From NCBI GenBank assembly GCA_964451515.1, contig CAYVIJ010000001.1:212975-276974 (forward strand): a DNA stretch of 64,000 nucleotides, in the 5' to 3' direction. This DNA is from an uncultured Phycisphaeraceae bacterium. Its GTDB lineage: Bacteria; Planctomycetota; Phycisphaerae; Phycisphaerales; UBA1924. Positions 36,759 through 46,281 of the stretch are shown here, one piece after another; position 1 is the stretch's first letter; each line of letters opens with the position of its first letter. The translations under genes and the position numbers were made by a program. The notes under the pieces are model-generated. The model saw only the letters and a list, made by a program, of their open reading frames with translations, ran no database searches and had not been told where the DNA came from.

Positions 36759-39700
36759 CCAATCGCGCCAAAAAGCGCCTGACGCTCCTCCTCGTCGTCT
36801 TTGCGGCGCTTGGGCTTCTCGTCGCCGGCGGCGCCGTGATCCGCGCTGTCCAGCAGCAGCGCATCACCGAGCGCGCGCTCGAGCGCGGCCTCGCGGCGCT
36901 TGAATCGGGGGATGACCGCGGGGTCGTCCGTCATCTCGGCGTCTACCTGAACCGGGCGGAGAACGCGGGAGAGGAGGTCGATCCCGAGCTTTGGATCAAT
37001 TGGACGGACGCCCGCTGGGCGGTCAAGGACGACGAGGGCCAGCACATCGCCCAGGCCATCGTCGGGGCGCGCCGGGCGCGCGATCTGCTGCCCAGCGACC
37101 CCCGCCCCTACGAGCAGCTCATCGAGATCTACAGCCGCATCGGGCAATACACCGAGCTGGCGGACGCCGCTGACCGGCTTCTTGAGATCGATCCCGACAA
37201 CTTCCGGGCTCGCGCCGCGAAGATCGCCAGCGCCCGCGCCACCGGCGATCTCGACGCCGCCATCGAGGAAGCGCGCCTGCTCGTCGACGCCCACCCCGAC
37301 AGCGTTGAGGCTCACCAGCTTCTGCTTTTTCTGCTCGATGAGGCGGGGCGTCCTCCGGAAGAGCTAGTGGGGATCATGGAGGCCGCCGCTGAGGCGCATC
37401 CGGACAACCCGGACTTCGAGCTGCTGCGCGCGCGGACGCATGTGCTCCTCGACGATCGCGATGCCGCCCGGCGCTCCGCCGAGCGTGCCCTCGCGATGAT
37501 CGAGGAGGCTCCTGACGCCGACATCGGGGTCCTCCTCCGCGTGCTCGATTACCTGGGCATGGACGAGGAGGCGCGACGCTTGCTGGAGACGCGCGTTGAG
37601 CTTGCGGAGCCAGGCGATCCGATCTTCGTGGTCGCCGCCGAGCGAGCGTGGAAGGCTGGCGAGACCGATGAGGCGCGCGCGATCCTGGACGCCGGCGCTC
37701 CGACGCTCGATGACGCTCCCTCCGCAATGCTGGGCTGGATCGCACTTTTGAACGCCGGCGCCGATGGCGACGCCGAGCGCTTCGAGGCCGCCCGGGCTCG
37801 CCTAGACGAGGTGGCGACAGCCGAGTCGGCGGATTGGCTCGCCCTCGTCGATGCGCGCGAGGCGCTCGAGGACGCCCGTCCCTCCGACGCCCGTGAGATC
37901 GTTGGCGAGCGCGCGCCAGCGGGCGGTCCCGAGACGCGCCCGCTGATGCAATACGCCCTCGCTCGCGCCGCAAAGACGCTGGGGGAGAGGCGTCGCGCTA
38001 TTGAACTGCTCGAGCCGCTTGCGGCGCGCGAGCCGCGCTGGGTCATCCTCGCCGTCGATCTCGCCGAGTTGTTGCTCGGGGAGGATCGCCTGACGCAAGC
38101 CTTTGGCTACGCCATCCGGGCCTATCGGGCGGCGCCGCGCCCGGGCGTGGTCATCCCGACGCTCGCGGAAGTCGCGGCGCGCCTTCTCGAGTCCGGACGC
38201 GCAACGCCCGCGCAACGGGACCTGGCGATCGAGGTTCTGACAGAAGCGGCGGAGAAGCTCTCCGATTCCGGCGAAGCGCTGGCGCTCGCCGCCCGCGGCC
38301 TCGCGGCCACCGGGCGGTACAACGAGGCGCGCGCTCTCACGCAGCGGATCGCCGAGCAGCGGCGACAGATTACCGCGGACTCGTACGCCCGTCTCGCGGA
38401 GTTGTCGCGCCGGCGCCAGTGGGGGCTTGAGTCAGCGCTCACGGAGGCCGTCCGGGCCGCCTCGCCCGAGGATCCCGCGACGCTCTACGCCCTCGCGATC
38501 GAGGCAGCCAATGCGGGACGCCCAGAGGATGGCGAGCGCCTGCTCGACGACGCCCTCGGGCGCGCCGGCGAGAGCGCCTCGCTCGAGCTGGCGATCCGTC
38601 GCGCGCTCTATCTGGACGCAATCGGCGATCCGGAGGCGCGGGAGACGCTGCTCCAACTCGCGACCCAGAACGAGCGCTCGGTTCCCGCGCAACTCGCCGT
38701 CCTTGAAGCTTCCTCGACTTGGGTGGATGAGCCGGGCATCGCCGCCGCCATTGAGCGCCTGCGGGCCTTGACTGGCGATGAGGGCGTCGCGTGGAAGCTG
38801 CATGAGGCTCGCCGCCTGCTCACGTTCGAGCCCTCGGAGGAGAACGCGGCGCGCGTCGAACTCCTCCTCGCCGAGATCATCAACAACGATCGGCGGTCTG
38901 CGGAGGCCCGGCGCATCGCCGCCGCCGCCCGTCTGGAGCTTGGCGATGTCGAGACGGCGACGCGCTACCTCCGCGAGGCGGTCGCCGCGCGCCCGGGCGA
39001 TGCTCGCCTGCAACTCGAGCTCGTGAATCTCCTGCGTGAAGCGGGCGATACGGAGGCCGTCATACGCCAGCTCCGTGAGTTCGCCGCCATCGGTGATCTT
39101 TCGCGCGATCTTCGGCAGGTGCGCGGACGGCTGCTTATGGACTACGGGCTCTGGGATCCGGCGCTCGAGGATCTCTCCGCCGTCGCCGAGGATGGCGACT
39201 GGCGCGCCTCGCTCGATCTCGCGAGACTGCACGCTCGCCGGGGAGAGACAGCTCGCGCGCGCGCCATCTACAACAGTCTGCTCACGGAGCCTGATCCCGA
39301 CCCGGCGGCGCTGGAAGCCGCCGCGAACTTCTTTGGGGGTCTGGGCGAGGTTGATCGGGGACAGGCGATCCTGATGCGCCTTCCGGAGGAAGGTGATCCC
39401 CCCAGAGTTCGGCGCATCGCCTCGTACCTGGCGCGATATGGCCTCTCATCCGAGGCGGAGCGCCTCTTCCGACGCCATGCGGAGGAGGACGGGACGCCCG
39501 AGGCGTGGAACGCGCTGGCGCGGTTCCTTGTCCGTCAGGGCGCGATCGAGGACGCACGCTCGGCGTTGGAGCAAGGCTTGGCGCTGGCGCCGGAGGATCA
39601 CGATCTGATCGCGACGGAGAACGTGATCCGCCTGCGCATGGGGCTGCCCGTCGATCCCGACGCCCTCGCGGACGCCATGGCGGTGGGGGGGGTGGATCCG

Positions 39701-40942
39701 GACGATCCCGCCGCCATCGCGTTGCGGAAGGCGATCGCCTCCCTCTCCGAAGCGCCGGACGATCGCTCGGCCTACATCGAGGCTCTGCGCGAGGTGACGG
39801 AGACGTACCCCTCCTTTTATCCCGCGTGGGATCTGCTGGTGAAAGCTCTTCGGTCGGTCGCAAAGCTCGATGAGGCGATCTCCGTCGCGCAGCGGGCGGC
39901 CGCCGCTCTGCCCACCGATCCGCGCCCCGCGCGTCTGCATGCGGAGGCCTTGATCGCCTCAGGCGACGCCCAGCGCGCGATCGTGGCCGCTCGGAGCTGG
40001 CGCGATCGCTCGCGGGACAACCCGCTCGAAGCGGATGTGGCGATCGCCTCGCTGGAGCTGTCGCTCAATGAGCCCGAGCAGGCTCTCGAGCAGCTCCAGC
40101 CGCACCGCGAGCGGATCGTCTCCCAGGGAGACGCCCATCCCGATCGACTGGCGCTGCTGGCCACGGCTCTCGCTCGCGCCGGGCAGGCGGAGAGGGCGCA
40201 CGAGCTGCTCTGGCCTCGAGCGCAGCAGGATCCCCGATGGGCGGAGCGCTATTTCAACGTCGCGCTCTCGCAGCGCGACACGCCCTCCACCTTCGTGCGC
40301 TGGCTGTCACGCATCGAGCCTGCGATTGTCTCGACGCCGATGGGCCGGCTTCGGATCGGGCAGGCGTGGTACGAGTTCGGCCTCATTCACGAATCCGCCG
40401 AGGCGCATCGCCGAGCCATGGACATTCTGGAGCCCTCGCTGGACGATGAGCAGATGGCGCCGGTCGCCGCCAAGCTCATCGCCGGCTCCGCCGAGCAGAT
40501 CGGCGAGCATGTGGTCGCGGAGAGGCACTATCGCCTTGCGATCCAGCTCGATCCGGACGACCCGGCGGTGATGAACAATCTCGCCTATCTCATCCTGCGA
40601 ACGAATGGCTCCGGCGAGGAGGCTTTGTCGCTCGCCGAGCGGGCGGTGGAGGCCGCGCCGGATGTGCCCGTCTTTGTCGACACCCGCGCCTCAGCGCTGC
40701 TCGCACTGGGACGGCTGGAGGAGGCCCGTGAGGAGTTTCGGCGCGGGCTCGAGCTCGATCCGGGAGATGTCGACCTTCTCCTCGGGCTGGCGGAGACGGA
40801 GCTGCGCCTCGGCGCCGTCGAGGCCGCTACGGTCGCGCTGGAGCGGGCGGCGGCGCGGGGTCCGAGAAACGCGGCGCAGCGCGAAGAGCTCGCCGATCTC
40901 GGGAGCCGGCTTGAGAAGGCTCGCGCACGGTCCGACGAATGA
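36755..40942 (+). CDS. Very large TPR-repeat protein (PEP-CTERM-system PrsT-like scaffold), 1395 aa
   Basis: The start overlaps the upstream stop (ATGA). It has an N-terminal signal anchor. Dozens of 34-residue A/L/R-rich TPR-like repeats run its whole length. Confidence 0.8.
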   Translation: MTNRAKKRLTLLLVVFAALGLLVAGGAVIRAVQQQRITERALERGLAALESGDDRGVVRHLGVYLNRAENAGEEVDPELWINWTDARWAVKDDEGQHIAQAIVGARRARDLLPSDPRPYEQLIEIYSRIGQYTELADAADRLLEIDPDNFRARAAKIASARATGDLDAAIEEARLLVDAHPDSVEAHQLLLFLLDEAGRPPEELVGIMEAAAEAHPDNPDFELLRARTHVLLDDRDAARRSAERALAMIEEAPDADIGVLLRVLDYLGMDEEARRLLETRVELAEPGDPIFVVAAERAWKAGETDEARAILDAGAPTLDDAPSAMLGWIALLNAGADGDAERFEAARARLDEVATAESADWLALVDAREALEDARPSDAREIVGERAPAGGPETRPLMQYALARAAKTLGERRRAIELLEPLAAREPRWVILAVDLAELLLGEDRLTQAFGYAIRAYRAAPRPGVVIPTLAEVAARLLESGRATPAQRDLAIEVLTEAAEKLSDSGEALALAARGLAATGRYNEARALTQRIAEQRRQITADSYARLAELSRRRQWGLESALTEAVRAASPEDPATLYALAIEAANAGRPEDGERLLDDALGRAGESASLELAIRRALYLDAIGDPEARETLLQLATQNERSVPAQLAVLEASSTWVDEPGIAAAIERLRALTGDEGVAWKLHEARRLLTFEPSEENAARVELLLAEIINNDRRSAEARRIAAAARLELGDVETATRYLREAVAARPGDARLQLELVNLLREAGDTEAVIRQLREFAAIGDLSRDLRQVRGRLLMDYGLWDPALEDLSAVAEDGDWRASLDLARLHARRGETARARAIYNSLLTEPDPDPAALEAAANFFGGLGEVDRGQAILMRLPEEGDPPRVRRIASYLARYGLSSEAERLFRRHAEEDGTPEAWNALARFLVRQGAIEDARSALEQGLALAPEDHDLIATENVIRLRMGLPVDPDALADAMAVGGVDPDDPAAIALRKAIASLSEAPDDRSAYIEALREVTETYPSFYPAWDLLVKALRSVAKLDEAISVAQRAAAALPTDPRPARLHAEALIASGDAQRAIVAARSWRDRSRDNPLEADVAIASLELSLNEPEQALEQLQPHRERIVSQGDAHPDRLALLATALARAGQAERAHELLWPRAQQDPRWAERYFNVALSQRDTPSTFVRWLSRIEPAIVSTPMGRLRIGQAWYEFGLIHESAEAHRRAMDILEPSLDDEQMAPVAAKLIAGSAEQIGEHVVAERHYRLAIQLDPDDPAVMNNLAYLILRTNGSGEEALSLAERAVEAAPDVPVFVDTRASALLALGRLEEAREEFRRGLELDPGDVDLLLGLAETELRLGAVEAATVALERAAARGPRNAAQREELADLGSRLEKARARSDE

Positions 40943-40996
40943 ATGCGATGCGCGCTCGCGGCGCTCGCGCCTGAACCGCAGACCGGAGGTCCGATC

Positions 40997-41776
40997 ATGA
41001 AGGGCGTCATTCTCGCAGGCGGCATGGGCACGCGGCTCAACCCGCTCACGCTCGTCACCAATAAGCACCTGCTCCCCGTCTACGACCGTCCCATGATCAT
41101 GTATCCCATTCAGACGCTGCTGAATGCGGGCGTCCGCGAGATACTCATCGTCACGGGAGGCGAGCACGCGGGCGACTTCCTCAAGCTTCTCGGCAACGGC
41201 AAGAGTCTGGGGATCCGCGAGCTGCACTACACCTACCAGGAGGGCAACGGGGGCATCGCCGACGCCCTCAAGCTCGCCGAGGACTTCGCCGACGGCGGAA
41301 AACTCATCGTCATGCTGGGCGACAACATCATCGAGCGCAACATCAACAAGGCGGTCGGCGATTTCTTCTGCCAGCCCTCCGGCGCCAAGATCATGCTCAA
41401 GGAAGTCGATGATCCGGAGCGCTTCGGCGTCGCGGTCGTGGAGGAGGGACGCGTGGCGCAGATCCTCGAAAAGCCCGAGAATCCGCCGAGCAACTTGGCC
41501 GTCACGGGCGTCTACATGTACGACAACGATGTCTTCGACATCGCCTCAACGCTCGAGCCCTCGGCCCGCGGCGAGCTCGAGATTACGGACGTCAACAACG
41601 CCTACATCGAGCGCGGCGACTTGACCTACGACGTCCTGGAAGGCTGGTGGACCGACGCAGGCACCTTCGAGAGCCTGCATCGCGCGGCGACCCGTGTCGC
41701 CCAGGGCGGCGCCAACCATGTCGCGGCGGGCGAGCCCGGGGCCGAGAGCCCCAAGGCCGCCAGCGCCGCCGGCTGA
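40997..41776 (+). CDS. rmlA: Glucose-1-phosphate nucleotidyltransferase (RmlA-like, short form)
   Basis: The start was trimmed to ATG 40997, which has a GGAGG RBS. The N-terminus is MKGVILAGGMGTRLNPLT, and GDNII follows. Confidence 0.8.
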   Translation: MKGVILAGGMGTRLNPLTLVTNKHLLPVYDRPMIMYPIQTLLNAGVREILIVTGGEHAGDFLKLLGNGKSLGIRELHYTYQEGNGGIADALKLAEDFADGGKLIVMLGDNIIERNINKAVGDFFCQPSGAKIMLKEVDDPERFGVAVVEEGRVAQILEKPENPPSNLAVTGVYMYDNDVFDIASTLEPSARGELEITDVNNAYIERGDLTYDVLEGWWTDAGTFESLHRAATRVAQGGANHVAAGEPGAESPKAASAAG

Positions 41777-41936
41777 CGCCCCGGACTGTCCGAAAACTCG
41801 ATTCTTTCGTGATTTCCATTCTCTCGCTGGACGCTCCGCCGGTGCGGTGTACCTGTGAGTGTGTAGCCACTTCGAACGCGGTTGAAGCGGCGCACGGACG
41901 ATCCGCAGAAGAAAAGAACACCGGGAGAGTCAAGAG

Positions 41937-42689
41937 ATGAAGAATGGAACACTGTTCATTGCGGGCGTCGCCGCCGCAGCCTGCACCGCTGGCGCCGCCC
42001 AGGCCGCCATCGCCGTAGTCGATGGGCTCGGAGGTCCGCTCGGACTTCAGTCCGGGTCGATGCCGAGTCTATTCGGCGCGTCGTCGCCGAGCTTCACCAA
42101 CACCGCCCTCGCCTCTATTCACACCGAGCTCAACGCCGACGGCGTCGCCACCGACGGCAAGGTCACGGGCATGCTTGTCGAGACGGGCGACGCCGGCCTC
42201 GCGTGGGTCGTGCTGATCGACGACGAAACGGCGCCGGGTGGTTTCAAGACGCTGGATTCCAGCATCGCCTTCGGAACGCAGGCGTCCTCCGACAAGGTCG
42301 AGTTCATCAACGACTCCGGCGACAACACGCCCGTCCAGGACCCCGGAACCGGCTTCAAGAGCGTCAACGGCGGCTTCGAGTGGGATTCCAATTCCAAGGG
42401 CGATGCCTTCGGTTGGGCGAACCTCGAAACCGGCGACTTCATGACCTTCTCCTTCCAGCGCATCTTCGACGACCTGCCGACGTTCCCAGGTCTTGACAGC
42501 GAGGACACATTCCAGTTCGTCACATGGGGCGACGGCGCCTGGGAGCTGGCTGACGGCTTTGGCGAGTTCACCCCCAACAACCAGTTCTCTTACAGCGTCA
42601 CCATCGCCGTGCCGCTGCCGACCGGAGCGGGTCTCGGGCTTGCGGGCCTCGCGGGCTTCGCCGTCATCCGCCGCCGGCGCACGCTCTGA
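41937..42689 (+). CDS. Secreted PEP-CTERM-like anchored protein
   Basis: It has a signal peptide. The C-terminal tail is VPLPTGAGLGLAGLAGFAVIRRRRTL. A GGGAGAG RBS is upstream. Confidence 0.65.
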   Translation: MKNGTLFIAGVAAAACTAGAAQAAIAVVDGLGGPLGLQSGSMPSLFGASSPSFTNTALASIHTELNADGVATDGKVTGMLVETGDAGLAWVVLIDDETAPGGFKTLDSSIAFGTQASSDKVEFINDSGDNTPVQDPGTGFKSVNGGFEWDSNSKGDAFGWANLETGDFMTFSFQRIFDDLPTFPGLDSEDTFQFVTWGDGAWELADGFGEFTPNNQFSYSVTIAVPLPTGAGLGLAGLAGFAVIRRRRTL

Positions 42690-42717
42690 GACGAATGCCC
42701 ACCTGATGGAGCGCCAC

Positions 42718-42746
42718 AAGGGCGGGCCCAATTGGGCCCGCCCTTT
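42718..42746 (+). terminator. Perfect 10-bp palindromic hairpin between convergent genes; likely a bidirectional terminator
   Basis: The hairpin is gggcgggccc-aatt-gggcccgccc, followed by tttctca. Confidence 0.5.
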
Positions 42747-42765
42747 CTCATGCGCGGCCCTCGCC

Positions 42766-43767
42766 TCAATCGCACACCAAGGGCGCGAGGCGCTCCAGGC
42801 GCTCCAGCGACGCCGCCATGTACGCGGGGTGGCCCTCGCGCTCGAGATACGCCGGCACGCACGCCGCCAGCAGGACGCGTCGGATGTTCGCCAGCTCGCT
42901 GGCCTCCTCACCGTTGTCAAGCCCAGCGTCCTTGCGCGCTTTGGCGAGCAGCTTCATCGGCTTGGCCCCCTCCAGAATGTGCTCGCGCCCCCAGAAGATC
43001 CTTTCGAGGTAGACCGCGTCCTCCACCCAGTGCCCGGGATGCACGTTCGCCAGATCGATCAGCACGCACATCGGATCGCCCCACACCGAGCCCGCGGCGC
43101 GGCGCATCGCGTTGCCCGGGTGCAGATCGCCGTGGCTCCAGTCCGTGATGGGGCGTGATTCCCACCGATCGACGAGTCGATCGAGCGACCGTTGCACTTT
43201 CTTCAGCGCGTTGTTCCAGCGCTGCTCGTCCGGCACGCCGTTGGTCTTGACGTTCTCGCGCGCCTTGGCGACGAGCTGCTCCCACGCCGGCTCCTCGAGC
43301 GCGCCCTGCGGCGTCCACAGCTCGCGCGAGCGCGCGTAGAACCCTGCGGCGGCGACCGCCAGGTCCCGGAAGAGCTTCTTGCCCGACTCCCGTGAGAGCG
43401 GCTGGCCGTCGATCTTCTCGATCACCAGCCACGCCAGGTCGTACGCCCCGAGCGTGTCGCCCGCGGCGCCGATTCGGGGCGTCGGCGCATCGATCGTCCC
43501 CAGCCCTGTCGTGAAGCGGTGCTCCATCGGGCCCACCGGCGCCTTGACGACGACCTCGCGCTCGCCTTCGCCCTCCGCGTCGCGCAGGAGCGCATAGCCC
43601 GTCGCGGCCCCGCCGCGCTGCCAGTCCGCCTGGAACCACCGAATCTTCCCCAGCCGCCCTCCACACGCCTCGACGAGGGCCGGCTCCAACTGCCGCGCCA
43701 GATCGACCGTCGAGACGCCGCCGCCCGAATCGCTCCGATCCTCCATAGACGGATTGTACAGGCTCAC
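42766..43767 (-). CDS. Phosphotransferase enzyme family protein (APH/choline-kinase-like)
   Basis: The Brenner motif is HGDLHPGNAM. A DLANV/D motif follows. Confidence 0.7.
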   Translation of the reverse strand: MSLYNPSMEDRSDSGGGVSTVDLARQLEPALVEACGGRLGKIRWFQADWQRGGAATGYALLRDAEGEGEREVVVKAPVGPMEHRFTTGLGTIDAPTPRIGAAGDTLGAYDLAWLVIEKIDGQPLSRESGKKLFRDLAVAAAGFYARSRELWTPQGALEEPAWEQLVAKARENVKTNGVPDEQRWNNALKKVQRSLDRLVDRWESRPITDWSHGDLHPGNAMRRAAGSVWGDPMCVLIDLANVHPGHWVEDAVYLERIFWGREHILEGAKPMKLLAKARKDAGLDNGEEASELANIRRVLLAACVPAYLEREGHPAYMAASLERLERLAPLVCD

Positions 43768-45221
43768 GTCTTCGCTCCGCCGACGAGCCGTTCCCCTTCG
43801 CCTGTGAAATCAAACGAATCGAGCGTCTCGAGCAGGATCGAAAGTACCCGATCCAGCGTCCCCTCATCCATCCCCGGCGCCGGCGTCAGAATGACGACAT
43901 CCCCGAGCGGGCGGATCATCAATCCGCGCCGACGCGCCTCGAAGCACACCGCCGCACCCATCCGCGACCGCTCGTCGAAAGCCGTCCATGGATCGCGCGC
44001 CCGGACGAGCTCGATTCCGACCATCACGCCTCGTTGGCGCACGTCGCCCACATGCGGGTGCTCCGCGAGCCCCTCCCGCAGGACGCGGGCGATCCGCTCG
44101 CCATGGCGGCGCGCGCGGTTTGTCGTCTGCTCGCGATCGATCAGTTCGAGCGACGCCAGCGCCGCAGCGCACGCCAGCGGATTCCCGGTGTACGTGTGTC
44201 CGTGATAGAGCGTGCGATGCTCGTGTGGCTCGCCCTCGAAGCTCGCGGCGATCTTTTCCGTGCAAAGCGTCGCCGCCAGCGGCAGATACCCGCCCGACAA
44301 ACCCTTCGCGAGACACAGGATGTCCGGCTGGACATCCTCCGTGTTGGACGCCATGAGCTCTCCCGTCCGCCCCAGCCCCACCGCCACCTCGTCCGCGATC
44401 AGCAGCAGTCCGCGCGCGCGCACACGCTTCGCCGCCTCACGCAGGTACCCCTCCGGCTGCTCGATCATCCCCGCAGCGCCTTGCATCAGCGGCTCGATCG
44501 CGACCGCCGCGCAACGATCCCCTACCTCATCGAGCACGCGATCGAGATCCGCAAGCGCCTGATCACGCACACGCTCCCGCCGGCCCGCGTCCCACGAGGG
44601 CCACTCCGCGCCCGGCGCTGTCGGGCGATCCATCCGCGCGACATCCGGCGCCGCCGCCCACGCGCAGCGGAAGGTCATCCGCTTGAAAGGGCGGTGGAAC
44701 GCCTCCAGAAATCCGACGCTCATCGCCCCGACTGTGTCGCCGTGATAGGCGCCGCGCAGACCGACGATCGTGTCGCGCTGCCCCTCGCCCCGATGAAAGT
44801 GATGCCCTACGGCCATCTTGAAGGCGACCTCGACGGCCGTCGCCCCGGCGTCGGAGTAGAACACCTTCTCCAGCCTCGGCGTCAGCCCGCGCCGGTTCGT
44901 CATCTCGACGAGCCGCGCCGCCAGCTCGATCGACGGGACGTTCGCGAGCCCCAGCAGCGTGGAATGCGCGACCCGCTCGAGCTGGGCGCGCACGGCCTCG
45001 TCGATCTCGCGCCGGCGGTGCCCGTGGACGTTGCACCAGAGCGACGAGAAGCCGTCGATGTACCGATTCCCCTCCGTGTCGATGAGCTCGAAGCCCTCCG
45101 CACGCTCGATGATCGTCGGCGTGCGCTCCCGCCAGACCCGGGCCTGTGTGAATGGATGCCAGACGTGCGCGAAATCCAGCGCCGCCAGCTCACGAGTCCT
45201 TGGCGAGACGGAATCATCCAT
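43764..45221 (-). CDS. bioA: Class III aminotransferase, adenosylmethionine-8-amino-7-oxononanoate transaminase-like
   Basis: The N-terminus is DFAHVWHPFTQ. LIADEVAVGLGRTGEL is present. The raw ORF start at 45278 is probably an over-extension. Confidence 0.65.
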   Translation of the reverse strand: MDDSVSPRTRELAALDFAHVWHPFTQARVWRERTPTIIERAEGFELIDTEGNRYIDGFSSLWCNVHGHRRREIDEAVRAQLERVAHSTLLGLANVPSIELAARLVEMTNRRGLTPRLEKVFYSDAGATAVEVAFKMAVGHHFHRGEGQRDTIVGLRGAYHGDTVGAMSVGFLEAFHRPFKRMTFRCAWAAAPDVARMDRPTAPGAEWPSWDAGRRERVRDQALADLDRVLDEVGDRCAAVAIEPLMQGAAGMIEQPEGYLREAAKRVRARGLLLIADEVAVGLGRTGELMASNTEDVQPDILCLAKGLSGGYLPLAATLCTEKIAASFEGEPHEHRTLYHGHTYTGNPLACAAALASLELIDREQTTNRARRHGERIARVLREGLAEHPHVGDVRQRGVMVGIELVRARDPWTAFDERSRMGAAVCFEARRRGLMIRPLGDVVILTPAPGMDEGTLDRVLSILLETLDSFDFTGEGERLVGGAKT

Positions 45222-45276
45222 GACGCCCCTGATGGTACCTCCGCGCCCGCGCCGGTCATCCTCTACGCTGCCGAAC

Positions 45277-46182
45277 ATGCGCCGCCGGGCCCCGCTGCTG
45301 ATCGACGCCGCCGTCGGGACCGCCCTCGAGCGGCTGGGCGTCGACGTCTCTCCGCCGCTCTGGTCCGCCAGAGCCCTGCTCGAGGGGCCGGAGATTCTCC
45401 GCCGGATTCACGAGAGCCATCTCCGGGCCGGCGCTGATGCGCTCACCGCCGCCACTTTCCGCCTGCATCGGCGAGCCCTCGCCCGAGCCGGGATGGAGCA
45501 TCACGCCTTCGACCTGATCCGCCGGGCCGTCGACCTCGCGGGCGAAGCGACGGAGAAGATCCAGCCGGATGCGCTCATCATGGGCTCCGTCGGACCGCTT
45601 GAGGATTGCTATCGCCCCCAGGACGCCCCGCCCGCGGAGGAGGCGGAGCAGGAGCACGCCGAGCGCATCGACCTGCTGGTGCGCGCAGGCGTTGACATCG
45701 TTCTGTTCGAGACCATGAACAATGTCTCGGAGGCCCTCGCCGCCGCCCGCGCGGCCCATGCAGCGGCGGGGGGGCGATGGATTCTCTCCTGCGTCTGTCG
45801 CGCCGGGGCGCCCGGCGTCCTGCTTTCCGGAGAGCCGATCGCCGATTTGCTCGAGGCGATGCCCGTCCGCCCGCTCGCTGTCGGCGTCAACTGCGTGGCC
45901 GCTCCCGACATGCAGGCTCATTTACAGATCATGCACGATCAGCGACCCGACCTCCCGCTCATCGCCTATGCGAACACCGCTCGCTTGACGACGGACGGAG
46001 CATGGGAATCTACGGAGGCGACATCGCCCGACTGGTACGCGGATTGCGCCTCGACTTGGCTTGACTTTCCCATCGCTTTCCTTGGGGGCTGCTGCGGAAC
46101 GACGCCGGCGCATGTCGCCGCGCTTCGCCGCCTGCTTGATGATCACGCGGTTTCTGCGCATGGCGTGTCTCGGAATCCTTGA
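45277..46182 (+). CDS. mmuM: Homocysteine S-methyltransferase
   Basis: The start was trimmed to ATG 45277. ILFETMNN and the Zn-ligand GGCCGTTP near the C-terminus are present. Confidence 0.75.
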   Translation: MRRRAPLLIDAAVGTALERLGVDVSPPLWSARALLEGPEILRRIHESHLRAGADALTAATFRLHRRALARAGMEHHAFDLIRRAVDLAGEATEKIQPDALIMGSVGPLEDCYRPQDAPPAEEAEQEHAERIDLLVRAGVDIVLFETMNNVSEALAAARAAHAAAGGRWILSCVCRAGAPGVLLSGEPIADLLEAMPVRPLAVGVNCVAAPDMQAHLQIMHDQRPDLPLIAYANTARLTTDGAWESTEATSPDWYADCASTWLDFPIAFLGGCCGTTPAHVAALRRLLDDHAVSAHGVSRNP

Positions 46183-46281
46183 GATTCGACACGCCAGCGC
46201 GCCAACGCGCCTGCCTCATCCCGAATACGATAACGCCGCCCGCCGGATTCTCGCAGGCGAGCGACAAAGGAGACCTCACTC

